A DNA stretch of 64,000 bases from an uncultured Chloroflexia bacterium (GTDB lineage: Bacteria; Chloroflexota; Limnocylindria; Limnocylindrales; CSP1-4), in contig CAWHDR010000005.1 of NCBI GenBank assembly GCA_963828165.1, positions 64,001 through 128,000 on the forward strand. Reading direction: 5' to 3'. Below are positions 38,998-48,341 of the stretch, one piece after another. The notes below the pieces were generated by a model that saw only the letters and a program-made list of their open reading frames with translations, had not been told where the DNA came from and searched no databases. Within the stretch, counting starts at the first letter, position 1; every line of letters starts with the position of its first letter. The translations under genes were made by a program, and so were the position numbers.

Positions 38998-40089
38998 TCA
39001 GCTGACTTGCTCCATCTCGCGGAACAGTTCCTCGAACTCCGGCGCCATCGCGGCAAAGACTGCGAGGCCCAGGATGATCGCCAATCCGACGGCGATCACG
39101 ATGAGCACCAGGCATCCGATGACGACGGCTCCATCGCCGCTCGTCGTGGAGCGGATGACCAGCGAGTTCGCCCACTTGTCATGGAGACCCTGCCGCCGGT
39201 CGTTGGTGATCGCCGTAAAGAACAGGAACAGCGAGAGCGCGAACTGCGCGATCCCTGCAGCCGACTGCAGCGCCGGCACGAGGATCAGGAGTGCGAGCGG
39301 AGCCCCAAGGGCGATGAACCGCTTGGTCGCCGCGGTCAGGGACATGCCCGCGCCCGTCGCAGCGTCGACCACCTGCATCCGCAGACCGCGCATGCCGGGT
39401 GTGGCGCGCGCTCCGCTGGTCCAGAACCCGACGAAGTACAGGAACTGGATCGCCACGGAGATCAGCGTGACGAGGATGAGCGCCGGCGTGACCGCCATCA
39501 CGAACGACGTCTGGGCCGCGGGCGTGCCCGACTCGGCCGCATCGATGGCCTGCTGCATCATGCCCCGGTAGTCCACGACCAGGAGCGTCAGGATGGTCGG
39601 GATGATCGAGACGATGAGGCCGTCGATGAAGTAGGCCACCAGCCGGGCGCCCATGCCCGCGATGACGTACCCCTCGCGACCCGGGGCCGCGCTCGCCGGG
39701 GGCGGCGCCTCCCAGCCGACCAGCGGGGCGGCCGCGGCGGCCGATGGATCCGTGGATTCCGGGGGCACGGTCGGGCTGGCGCTGATGATCGGGCTCGCCG
39801 GGGGAGGCGTCGCGTCAGACGGTGCGGAGACGGGTGGGGTCGTGTCGCTCTGCGCCCACTCGGGCTGCCTCGGTTCGGCCGACGTTGGGTCGGTTGGGGT
39901 TGCGTCGATGGGCGTTGCGTCGGTCGGCGCCGGCACCGGAACATCGAGCGGGGCCGGCTGCGTCGGGGTCGACTCGGCCGGTGGCTCGGGCGGTGTCCAG
40001 GCGATGGTCGGCTGGTCCTCCGGCGGGACGGGATCGTTGGGACCCGTGTCGTCGGGCCGACGGTCCTGATCGTCGGGTGGCTGCGTCAT
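38998..40089 (-). CDS. RDD family membrane protein with Pro-rich N-terminus
   Basis: ARLVAYFID, ATPGMR, RQGLHDKWA; AAGGGGAG SD. Confidence 0.88.
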   Translation of the reverse strand: MTQPPDDQDRRPDDTGPNDPVPPEDQPTIAWTPPEPPAESTPTQPAPLDVPVPAPTDATPIDATPTDPTSAEPRQPEWAQSDTTPPVSAPSDATPPPASPIISASPTVPPESTDPSAAAAAPLVGWEAPPPASAAPGREGYVIAGMGARLVAYFIDGLIVSIIPTILTLLVVDYRGMMQQAIDAAESGTPAAQTSFVMAVTPALILVTLISVAIQFLYFVGFWTSGARATPGMRGLRMQVVDAATGAGMSLTAATKRFIALGAPLALLILVPALQSAAGIAQFALSLFLFFTAITNDRRQGLHDKWANSLVIRSTTSGDGAVVIGCLVLIVIAVGLAIILGLAVFAAMAPEFEELFREMEQVS

Positions 40090-40157
40090 CGTGCTCCCCT
40101 TCCATGCGTCGACTCCGGTGCCATGATAGGGGCCAGAATTCGACGTCGGAGGCATGG

Positions 40158-40385
40158 ATGGGCACGGATCACGGCGTAACCCCGTCGGAGGGCGCGACAT
40201 GCGCCCGCTGCGGTGAGTCCATCGCGCCGGGGTCGCCGCTGTATTCGGACCATGTCCGCTCAGCGGACGGTCAGCTCCGGTGCGCGGAGTGCGAACGAGC
40301 CGGGCGCGGCATCGTCATCCCGGACATGGAACGCTCGGACGTTCCCATCACCCAGCCGAACACGAACTTCCCCAGCTCGCACTGA
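40158..40385 (+). CDS. Small CxxC...CxxC zinc-finger-like protein
   Basis: GGAGG SD; CARC...CAEC. Confidence 0.6.
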   Translation: MGTDHGVTPSEGATCARCGESIAPGSPLYSDHVRSADGQLRCAECERAGRGIVIPDMERSDVPITQPNTNFPSSH

Positions 40386-40391
40386 CCCGCG

Positions 40392-41081
40392 TCAGTGCGG
40401 GTGCCCGGGAGCTGCCCAAGGCCTCGCCGGAAGGGCGAACACGTACGTGTCCTTCACCTCGGCGTTCTCGAGCTCGAGGGTCGTTCGTACGCGATAGGTC
40501 GCCAGTTGCTGGAGCCCGGGAGGCAGGTATTTCCGCCCCGGGTCGCCGATCAGCACCCGCGTGCCACGCGACGCAGCGACACTGAGCCATTCGATCACGC
40601 GGGTTCCCATCGTCTGCTCGTAGCAGACATCGCCCGCCAGGATCACGTCGCATGCCGGCGGTGGCTCGCTGAGCGGGTCGACGCGCGTGAACCCGACGTG
40701 GACGCGGTTGATCCGGGCGTTCAGCGCGACGGCCGCCTCGGACAGTGGATCGATGTCGAACGCCCGGACCGAGCTTGCCCCGGCTTGCGCCGCGACGATG
40801 GCGCACAGGCCGGATCCCGAGCCCACGTCGACGACACGCTGGCCAGCGACCTCGTCCGGATGCTCGTCAAGGTAGCGCGCGATCCCGAGTCCACCAGTCC
40901 ACGCGAAGGCCCAGAAGGGCAAGCCCGGGTCGGCCTGCCCCAGCTCCGCCCCAGCGAGGCGCGAGGCGACGGCGACATCGTCGGCGAGGTGGAGGCGCAC
41001 GCCCGGGAGGTCCGGCACACGCTGGAGGCGCGTCATTCGCCGAACGAAGGCGCGACGGTTGGCCGGTGATGGACGGGGCAT
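40392..41081 (-). CDS. Protein lysine methyltransferase (METTL20/ETFBKMT-like, Methyltransf_16)
   Basis: PFWAFAW.GG..IARY, VVDVGSGSG, ILAGDVCYE, VLIGDPGR. Confidence 0.88.
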   Translation of the reverse strand: MPRPSPANRRAFVRRMTRLQRVPDLPGVRLHLADDVAVASRLAGAELGQADPGLPFWAFAWTGGLGIARYLDEHPDEVAGQRVVDVGSGSGLCAIVAAQAGASSVRAFDIDPLSEAAVALNARINRVHVGFTRVDPLSEPPPACDVILAGDVCYEQTMGTRVIEWLSVAASRGTRVLIGDPGRKYLPPGLQQLATYRVRTTLELENAEVKDTYVFALPARPWAAPGHPH

Positions 41082-41445
41082 CGGGTCAGCCCGGCCGCCG
41101 GTCAGGGTCGCGTCGGTGGTGGTTCCGCGCCTGGCCGCCGGCGTGGGGACAAGGTGAGAACGGGGCTCGGCGGTCGTCGGAGGAGACTGGCCGAGCCCCG
41201 CGTCGACGGGCCGCCACAACCCCCAGTGGCGGGACGGCCGTCGCCGATGTCGGACTCTACGACCGGGGGGTCATCGGGCGTGAGGCACGGCGTCGGACGG
41301 ATCGTTTCATGCGCGTCACAGGCGTATCGTGGACGGCCCGGTAGGGCACTCCCGGGGTCGCCTGCGTATCCGAAAGCCCAAGTGCACCGCCGGGAGCGTC
41401 TGGCGCGGATGTTCGATGCGGACATGTCCCCATTCGTGGGCAGGG

Positions 41446-42270
41446 TTACAGGCCCTGGAAGCGCCGCCGGACACGGCTGAGAAGGGACGGGCCCCCGGCC
41501 GGGCGCTGCAGGACCTGAAACTCCCCTTCGCTCCGGAAGCCGAGGCTCTCGTACAGCGGTTTCCCCATCGCGGTCGATTCCAGGACGGCGTGCCGAACAC
41601 CTCGGGTCCGGGCGTCGCGGAGGACCTCGACAGTGACGGCCCGCCCGAAGCCCATGTGTCGGGCCGCCGGCAGTGTCGCGATGCTGTAAAGACCGACCGT
41701 CGACCCGACAACGACCGCTGTGGCGGTAGCCACGGGTTGGTCCATGTGCCTCGCCACGACCGTTCGGATCCCGGTGTCCGGATCGGCGAGCGATGCCAGA
41801 GGTGACGCAAGGACGCGAGCTTTGCGGGAGGACATGCCGAAACTCCGCAGCGACAGTGCCTGCGCCTCCACCATCTCATTCCTATCGGTGACATACACCA
41901 AGTCAACTTGGGGGATCCGCTCCCCGATCGGCAACGCTCGCAGATCCAGGACCATCGCGGGGGTCGCCTCCGGCGAGCGAACATAGCCAGCTCGCCGCAA
42001 CCTTTCCGTCAGGTCGCTCGGCGTTGACTGCTCGTCGAGCCACCAGGACGAGCCGACGCCGGCGCTGTCAAACCGCTCGATGATCGATCGAATCCGATCT
42101 GGAGTTGGTCCCAGCCTCGGCCGCATGACTCGATTGACGACGGGAAGGTCGACCGAAGTAACGGCCGATGCAAGGTCCGGTTCCCATTCGACGGCGTCAG
42201 TCCGAGCCGGAAGCAGGGCCCGCGCGTACGCCAGATATGTATCGACCAGCGCATCTATCGGATCAATGCC
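41446..42270 (-). CDS. GNAT family N-acetyltransferase (start uncertain)
   Basis: GLYSIATLPAARHMGFG, LESTAMGKPLYESLGF; less GC-biased codon usage. Confidence 0.8.
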   Translation of the reverse strand, partial: GIDPIDALVDTYLAYARALLPARTDAVEWEPDLASAVTSVDLPVVNRVMRPRLGPTPDRIRSIIERFDSAGVGSSWWLDEQSTPSDLTERLRRAGYVRSPEATPAMVLDLRALPIGERIPQVDLVYVTDRNEMVEAQALSLRSFGMSSRKARVLASPLASLADPDTGIRTVVARHMDQPVATATAVVVGSTVGLYSIATLPAARHMGFGRAVTVEVLRDARTRGVRHAVLESTAMGKPLYESLGFRSEGEFQVLQRPAGGPSLLSRVRRRFQGL

Positions 42271-43208
42271 GGGCGAAGGTGGGCGGGATGTTCGGCCCCG
42301 CAAGCGAGGGGCGGGGTCGCTGGCATGCGAGCTGGCGTGACGGGGAGGCCGGCCGGCCCGGCGTCGGAGTTCGCCATCGATCACTGCCGAAACCACAGGC
42401 TCGTTGTGGGCAGGGTGGCACAGGGTGGCGAGCACAGCCACGACCGCCACGGATACCGCGCCGCGCAGGGTTGGGCCGACCGCTACTCGCCTGAGGGCCA
42501 AGTAGACCCAGGCAAGAGGGCTCCGTGGGCCGACCGCGCGTACAGTCGAGGCCGGTCGATGGCGCGAGCTCCGGACCCAGCCGACACGCTTTGCGATTAG
42601 GAGGTAGCGCGGCACGTAACGGGCGAGCTCGATCACCGCATCGTCCTCCGTGTTGCCGCCCCGGAGACCTGGCAGTCAGCCGCGAGGACGACCCAGCACT
42701 TGCCCCGCTCAGGCAATTCGAGCACCCGCACCTGGGATGTCGTCGGTTGATGTGTCGCAGGGCGGCAGCCGACCTCGTACGTGCAAATCAAGAAGCCCCG
42801 CTCGGTACGGCCTCGATGGCTTCGAGCGCCCCACTCGCTACGTCGCACACCCTGCAGCGGTTCGCGGGGGGCGGTCCGTCCTTCCCGGCCCAGACGGCTA
42901 GGACGTCGCCCGATGAGTACCACAAGCCGCACGCTGCAGTGCTGCTCCTCGATCGGCGCGACGACGGCGGCACCGGCCTCAGGTGCCAAGGTTGGCCGTC
43001 CTTCCAGCCACCGGAACGGACCCATTCTCGAGCGGCTGTCATGGTTGGCTCCCCTCTCAATTCGGCCGGCGACGCCGGCCCCGAGGGGCGAGGCCGCGTC
43101 GCCGAACCCCAATCTAGGGGTGGCGTCAGTACGGCGGTCCTTGCCCACCTCCGGTCGGGACTTGCAGCCGCGCGACAGCAACGCCGACGCCATACGCGCG
43201 CGGTCTTG

Positions 43209-43337
43209 CCGCCGGTCGAAGCGCCACGCCTCGCGCTCGTACCAGGAGCGGTCCTTCACCTTCGTCCAGCCCGCAAGGAGCCATCCCGGTACGTCGAGGT
43301 CCGATCCTTGAGGACGATGCCCTCGAGCCTGCCGTCC
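43209..43337 (-). pseudogene. ATP-dependent DNA ligase C-terminal fragment, copy 1 (frameshifted)
   Basis: Near-identical to 45177-45306; encodes EGIVLKDRTSTYRDG and GWTKVKDRSW in two different frames. Confidence 0.75.
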
Positions 43338-43522
43338 GATGACGGGGAGCCGAGGCTCTCGCTGAGCCGATGACGGTGTTGTTCGGATTCGGACGCGGAT
43401 CGCACGTCCGAACGCTACTCGCGACCGCTGAGCTGTCACGCCACCGGGCTACCCTCGGTCGGTGGCGCGTCACGTCAGCGAGGAACGCAAGCGGGCAGCC
43501 GCCCTGCAGTCGGCTCCGGCGG

Positions 43523-43711
43523 ATGGTTGGCCGCGGTGAGCGACCGGGCTACCGGCTCCGGGCCGCTCAGGACGGCGCATGGACGGTCGTCGGCCTTCCC
43601 GGCGTCACGGTGACCGCCGAGACAAAGAGAGCCGCCCTGACGGCTGCCAGGACGGCTATTGCTGCGGTGCTCGAGGTGCCGCGGGACGCCTTCGACCTCG
43701 AAGTGGCCTAG
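43523..43711 (+). CDS. Small HicB-like (RNase H-like N-terminal) protein
   Basis: W.V.GLPGV.V.AET...A...AR.AIA..L pattern; no hicA partner seen. Confidence 0.5.
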   Translation: MVGRGERPGYRLRAAQDGAWTVVGLPGVTVTAETKRAALTAARTAIAAVLEVPRDAFDLEVA

Positions 43712-43760
43712 GCGTCCCGCGGGTCGGATCCTTCGCGCGTGGGCGGATCGCCCACGATCG

Positions 43761-44456
43761 CTACGGACCAAGCTCGACGGTTCCCGTGATCGGTTCCATC
43801 GCTGCTCGGATTTCTTCCGTCCCCGAGAGCGCGATCATGTCGTCGAAGAACGCCTGGCAGCTGGCCGACCGCGGGTCGTTCATCTGCCACGCGAAGATCG
43901 CCTCCACCGGGGATCCAGGCTTGAGAACGATGGCGGCCCGCGTGCCCGCCGGTGCGTCGCTGTTCGTAGACTCCGTAACGTCACCGCCGATCCAGAGCAA
44001 GCCATCGATGGTCCGCTCGCACTCGAGATCGACGGTGTAGCCGCCCTTGGTTCTTTGGGACACGATCATGCTCCCGGTCACGCTGGAGGCCCCACCGGTC
44101 GCATCGAGATCGACGGTGTAGCCGCCGCCCACCTGAGCCGTGAAGGTGCCGCGGGCGAGCAGCCCCTGGCTCGGCGATGGCGATGGCGCGATCGTCGGCT
44201 GCCCGCCGACTCCGCCCCGACCCGGAAGGAAGTTGTAGCCGACCACCGCGACGACGAGGACCGCAGCGGCGGCGGCGAGCAGTTTCGCGTAGGTACTCAT
44301 AGGGTCTGTCCTCCACGCCAGCCACCAGGACCGGCGCTGTGGCGTCGTGTCCACCTCGTCGAGGGCGCGCAGGAGCACGCGCTCGGCGTCCTCGTGCGTT
44401 TCCTCGCGAAGCCACGACAGGACGATGCGCGTGGCGGGGTCGCGTTCAGTGGTCAT
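43761..44456 (-). CDS. Putative anti-sigma factor (membrane protein)
   Basis: Coupled (ATGA) to the ECF sigma; cytoplasmic N-terminus, TM helix, PSPSPS linker, extracellular domain. Confidence 0.7.
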   Translation of the reverse strand: MTTERDPATRIVLSWLREETHEDAERVLLRALDEVDTTPQRRSWWLAWRTDPMSTYAKLLAAAAAVLVVAVVGYNFLPGRGGVGGQPTIAPSPSPSQGLLARGTFTAQVGGGYTVDLDATGGASSVTGSMIVSQRTKGGYTVDLECERTIDGLLWIGGDVTESTNSDAPAGTRAAIVLKPGSPVEAIFAWQMNDPRSASCQAFFDDMIALSGTEEIRAAMEPITGTVELGP

Positions 44457-45010
44457 CGGATTGCCTCCGCTGCCGCCGGACGCGCGTCGGCATCGAGTGC
44501 CGCCCGCATGGCGCGCATCGCGTGATGAAGTCGGGAGTGGACGGTGCCGACCGGGATCTCCAGGATCTGTGCCACCCGTTCGACGCGAAGGTCGGCGTAG
44601 TGATGCAGCACCAGCACGGTCCGGTGGTCGACCGACAGGCGTCGGATGGCCGTCTCGAGCTGGTCTCGCTGGATGATCGCGTCGAACCCCCCGGACACCG
44701 ACGGCTCGTCAGCCGGCAGGATCCGCAGGTTCGGTGACCAGGCGCGCGACCGGCGTCCCTCCGTGTAACAGGCACGCACAAGAAGCCGGTACGACCAAGC
44801 GTCAAAGCGCGCCGGATCGCGAAGTTGGGGAAGGTCCCGCCAGATCGCGACCAGCGCCTGCTGCGTCGCATCCTCGGCGAGATCGATGTCGCGCAGGATC
44901 CTGTGCGACAGGGCGAGGAACCGCGTGGCGAGCTCGGCGGCGAGGAGCCCGAAGGCTTCCCGGTCGCCGTGCTGCGCCTGCTTCACGAGTTCGGTGTCCA
45001 CGTCCCTCAT
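44453..45010 (-). CDS. ECF RNA polymerase sigma-70 factor
   Basis: GDREAF, AEDATQQA, F.AW.YR, L..AIRRLS, VAQILEIPVGTVHSRLH. Confidence 0.93.
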   Translation of the reverse strand: MRDVDTELVKQAQHGDREAFGLLAAELATRFLALSHRILRDIDLAEDATQQALVAIWRDLPQLRDPARFDAWSYRLLVRACYTEGRRSRAWSPNLRILPADEPSVSGGFDAIIQRDQLETAIRRLSVDHRTVLVLHHYADLRVERVAQILEIPVGTVHSRLHHAMRAMRAALDADARPAAAEAIR

Positions 45011-45173
45011 CCCCAACGTGGCGACGGTGCGTCCGACGCCTTCGTAGGGTATGGGCCTCTGGCACCCGTCGGACCTTCAAAGTTCGATCGGCCTTCATTG
45101 AATCTTCTCGCCCTTCGACAGCGCATGGGAACGCCCGGAAGGCTGTCGCGCCGCTCCGGGCGTCAGACCTCAC

Positions 45174-45426
45174 CTACCGCCGGTCGAAGCGCCACGCCTC
45201 GCGCTCGTACCAGGAGCGGTCCTTCACCTTCGTCCAGCCCGCACGGGAGCCATCCCGGTACGTCGAGGTCCGATCCTTGAGGACGATGCCCTCGAGCCTG
45301 CCGTCCTGCATGGCGTCCACGAGCGCCGTCGAGGGGTCGACGAGCGGCGAAAGCTCCAGCGGCAGCGCGAACGCCTGAGCGAGCAACTCAAGACGCATCC
45401 GCCGTTCGCTCCAGGCGTACGCCTGT
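45174..45426 (-). pseudogene. ATP-dependent DNA ligase (LigC/LigD-type) C-terminal fragment, copy 2
   Basis: WSERRMRLELL...GRLEGIVLK...STYRDG...WTKVK (ligase motifs IV and V). No KxDG motif I; truncated at the repeat next to tRNA-Pro. Confidence 0.75.
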
Positions 45427-45446
45427 TGGTACCACGTGGTACCACG
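45427..45446. repeat. Tandem 10-bp repeat TGGTACCACG x2 (contains palindrome GTGGTACCAC)
   Basis: Read directly; lies 45 bp from the tRNA-Pro 3' end. Confidence 0.8.
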
Positions 45447-45491
45447 ATTTACCGCACGAACCCCTTGGCTCGTGCTTTTGTGCGGGGGAAT

Positions 45492-45568
45492 TGGTCGGGG
45501 CGGCCGGATTTGAACCGACGACCACCAGTCCCCCAGACTGGTGCGCTACCAGACTGCGCCACGCCCCG
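45492..45568 (-). tRNA. tRNA-Pro (GGG)
   Basis: CGGGGCG...CCAGT-CTGGGGG-ACTGG...GGTTCAAATCC...CGCCCCG-A-CCA, 77 nt. Confidence 0.97.
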
Positions 45569-45598
45569 ACGAAGCCCGCAGTCTAGCACTGTGCCGCG

Positions 45599-46612
45599 CT
45601 AACCCAGCCCGCCCAGCTCGTCCTTGGATTCTCGCGCCAGCAGGTCGATCAGGCAGCGCTGGACGCTCTTTCCCTCGAACAGCGCCGCATGGACTTCCTG
45701 CGCGATCGGCATCTCGACCCCCAGGCGCTCGGCCAGGGCGAGCGCCGCTTCGACGGTGTAGGCGCCTTCGGCCGTGCCCGGCAGCGTGGCCTCGATCTCG
45801 GACCAGGGACGGCCTCGCGCCAGCTCCTCGCCCAGACGGTGATTGCGCGAGAGCGTCGACCCACACGTGGCGATGACGTCGCCGATCCCCGCGAGCCCCG
45901 CGAACGTGAGTGGGTTGGCTCCGGCGGCCGAGCCCAGACGCATCATCTCGGCCAGGCCTCGGGTCATCAACCCGGCCTTGCCGTTGTCACCGAATCCCAG
46001 GCCGTCGGCGGCGCCCGCCGCGATCGCCACGATGTTCTTGAGGGCCCCGCACAGCTCGACACCCAGGATGTCCCGGTTCACGTACAGCCGGAACTCGCGC
46101 CGGCCCAGCCGCTCGGCGATGCGGGTCGCGAGCTCGATGTCATCGGCAGCGACGACCGCCGACGCGGGCAGGCCCCGGGCGATCTCCGCGGCGAGGTTCG
46201 GGCCCGACAGGGCGGCCACCCGAGCCGGCGCGATCCCGCTGGCCTCGGCGATGACCTCGCTCATGCGGAGCAGCGTGCCGCTCTCGAGCCCCTTGACGAC
46301 CGACAGCACGTCCGCGCTCGTCCGGATGTGGGGTCCCATCTTCGCCCCGATGTCGCGCAGGTGCGGCGATGGCGTGGCGAAGAGCACCAGGTCGACGGCG
46401 GTCGCGAGGTCCGCCGGTTCCGCCGACGCGACGAGTGTGTTCGGGAGCTCCACGTCGGGCAGCCGCCGGTCGTTGCGTTGGGTCCGATTGATCTCGTCCG
46501 CCAGCTCCGGGCGGTGGCATACGAGGAGGACCGGCTCGCGCTTCGCGACGATCGCCGCGAGGGTCGTGCCCCAGGCACCGGCCCCCACGACCGCGACACG
46601 CGGACCCGACAT
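45599..46612 (-). CDS. gpsA: NAD(P)H-dependent glycerol-3-phosphate dehydrogenase
   Basis: GAGAWGT, KGLE, LSGPNLA, GALKN, GLAGIGD..ATC..SRN. Confidence 0.96.
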   Translation of the reverse strand: MSGPRVAVVGAGAWGTTLAAIVAKREPVLLVCHRPELADEINRTQRNDRRLPDVELPNTLVASAEPADLATAVDLVLFATPSPHLRDIGAKMGPHIRTSADVLSVVKGLESGTLLRMSEVIAEASGIAPARVAALSGPNLAAEIARGLPASAVVAADDIELATRIAERLGRREFRLYVNRDILGVELCGALKNIVAIAAGAADGLGFGDNGKAGLMTRGLAEMMRLGSAAGANPLTFAGLAGIGDVIATCGSTLSRNHRLGEELARGRPWSEIEATLPGTAEGAYTVEAALALAERLGVEMPIAQEVHAALFEGKSVQRCLIDLLARESKDELGGLG

Positions 46613-48273
46613 CAGCGCGACCGGCGGGTCTTGGCGGCGCTCGGCCGTCGAACGGGCTTGACCTGCGCCGACCGGCTCTTCTTGCGGCGTGGCAGCTTCA
46701 CCGATGCCCGGTCGCGGAACACGAGACGGATGGGCGTGCCGTCGAACCCGAATGTCTCGCGCAGCCGGTTCTCCAGATAGCGCCGGTACGAGAAGTGGAT
46801 CAGCGACGCATCCGAGGCGAAGAACACGAACGTGGGCGGGCCGATCGCCGCCTGGGTCGCGTAGAAGATCTTCGGGCGCCGGCCGCGGACCGGCGGGGGC
46901 GGCGTGCGCTCGAGCGCGGCCATCAGGACCCGGTTCAGCTCGCCGGTCGGGATGCGCCGGCGACGCTCGGCCCAGATATCGACCGCGGCCTCGAGGACAC
47001 GCCCCACGCGCTGGCCGGTCTTGGCGCTGATCGACACGATCGGGGCGAAGTCGAGGAACGGCACCTCGTTGCGAATCCACTCGATGTACTGGTCGAAGGT
47101 CCGGTCGGTCTTGTCCGCCACGAGGTCCCATTTGTTGACCGCCACGACCAGGCCCTTTCCCTCCTCCACCGCATAGCCCGCCACGTGTGCGTCCTGTGCG
47201 GTCAGCCCCTCGACGGCGTCCACGACCAGGACCGCGACATCGGCGCGCGACAGGGCGCTCAGCGCGCGCAGCGTCGAGTAGCGCTCGGCGGCGGGACCGG
47301 AGGCGACCTTGCCGCGCCGCTTGATGCCGGCCGTATCGATGAGGATGATCTCGCTCCGGCCCCAGGCGAGCCTGGTGTCGATGGCGTCGCGGGTCGTCCC
47401 GGGTGTCTCCGAGACGATCGCCCGCTCCTCGCCAAGCAGGGCGTTGAGCAGGCTCGACTTGCCGACGTTCGGCCGTCCGACGAAGGCGATCGAGGCGGGG
47501 CCGGTATCGGCCTCGGCGGCGATGGCCGCATCCCAGCGCGCCGCCTCGGCGGACTCGGACTCCTCGCCTTCGGCGCCCTCGGCGCCCTCGGCGCCCTCAT
47601 CGCCATCCGCCCGATCGCCCTCCTCGGGCTGGTCCACCACGAACGGCTCCAGCCGTCCCGCCGCGACCTCGTCCGACCACGCTTCAGCCTCGGCCTCGCG
47701 CTCCTTGCGCGCCGTCTCCTGCGGCGTTTCCGGGGGCAGGGCCCAGACGATCGCGTCGAGCAGGTCGCCCGTGCCGCGCCCGTGCGAGGCCGAGATCGGA
47801 TAGGTCTCCTCCCAGCCGAGCGCGTAGAACTCCATCCCTTCGAGCTCGCGCTTCTCGTTGTCCGCCTTGTTGACCGCGACGAGGACCGGGGCTGGCGCCC
47901 GGCGCAGCAGCTCCGCCGCCTCGCTGTCGGCGGGGGTCAGCCCGGTCACGGCGTCGACGACGAAGACGATGACGTCGGCCTCGGCGATGGCGAGGCGGGC
48001 CTGCTCCTGGACGCGCGCCTCGATCGGGTCGTTCGGGTCGAGCTCGAGGCCGCCGGTGTCGACGAGCACGAACCGGCGACCGTTCCACTCGGTGTCTCCG
48101 TAGAGCCGGTCGCGCGTGGTCCGGGCGCGGTCTTCGACGATCGCCGTCCGCGATCCGAGGACGCGGTTGAAGAGCGTGCTCTTGCCGACGTTGGGACGTC
48201 CGACGATGGCGACGACCGGGAGCGCCCCGCCGAGCCGTGTCGACGCGGCGGGCGTCGGTGTACGGCGCGTCAC
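46612..48273 (-). CDS. der: Ribosome biogenesis GTPase Der
   Basis: Two GRPNVGKS domains, DTGG/DTAG, NKAD/NKWD, and a KH-like C-terminus. Confidence 0.97.
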   Translation of the reverse strand: MTRRTPTPAASTRLGGALPVVAIVGRPNVGKSTLFNRVLGSRTAIVEDRARTTRDRLYGDTEWNGRRFVLVDTGGLELDPNDPIEARVQEQARLAIAEADVIVFVVDAVTGLTPADSEAAELLRRAPAPVLVAVNKADNEKRELEGMEFYALGWEETYPISASHGRGTGDLLDAIVWALPPETPQETARKEREAEAEAWSDEVAAGRLEPFVVDQPEEGDRADGDEGAEGAEGAEGEESESAEAARWDAAIAAEADTGPASIAFVGRPNVGKSSLLNALLGEERAIVSETPGTTRDAIDTRLAWGRSEIILIDTAGIKRRGKVASGPAAERYSTLRALSALSRADVAVLVVDAVEGLTAQDAHVAGYAVEEGKGLVVAVNKWDLVADKTDRTFDQYIEWIRNEVPFLDFAPIVSISAKTGQRVGRVLEAAVDIWAERRRRIPTGELNRVLMAALERTPPPPVRGRRPKIFYATQAAIGPPTFVFFASDASLIHFSYRRYLENRLRETFGFDGTPIRLVFRDRASVKLPRRKKSRSAQVKPVRRPSAAKTRRSR

Positions 48274-48341
48274 GATACTGACGCGCAGCGCTCCGAGGCC
48301 CGAGGCGACGCCATGCTAGCCATCGGTCCGAGGATTCACCG

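Noticed and set aside
42300-43200. Possible genes between the GNAT gene and the ligase fragment
   Set aside because: Only short, inconsistent frames with no recognisable motif; treated as debris.
45050-45090. ECF autoregulatory promoter (GAACTT at 45080-45085, minus strand)
   Set aside because: No convincing -10 element at 16-17 bp spacing.
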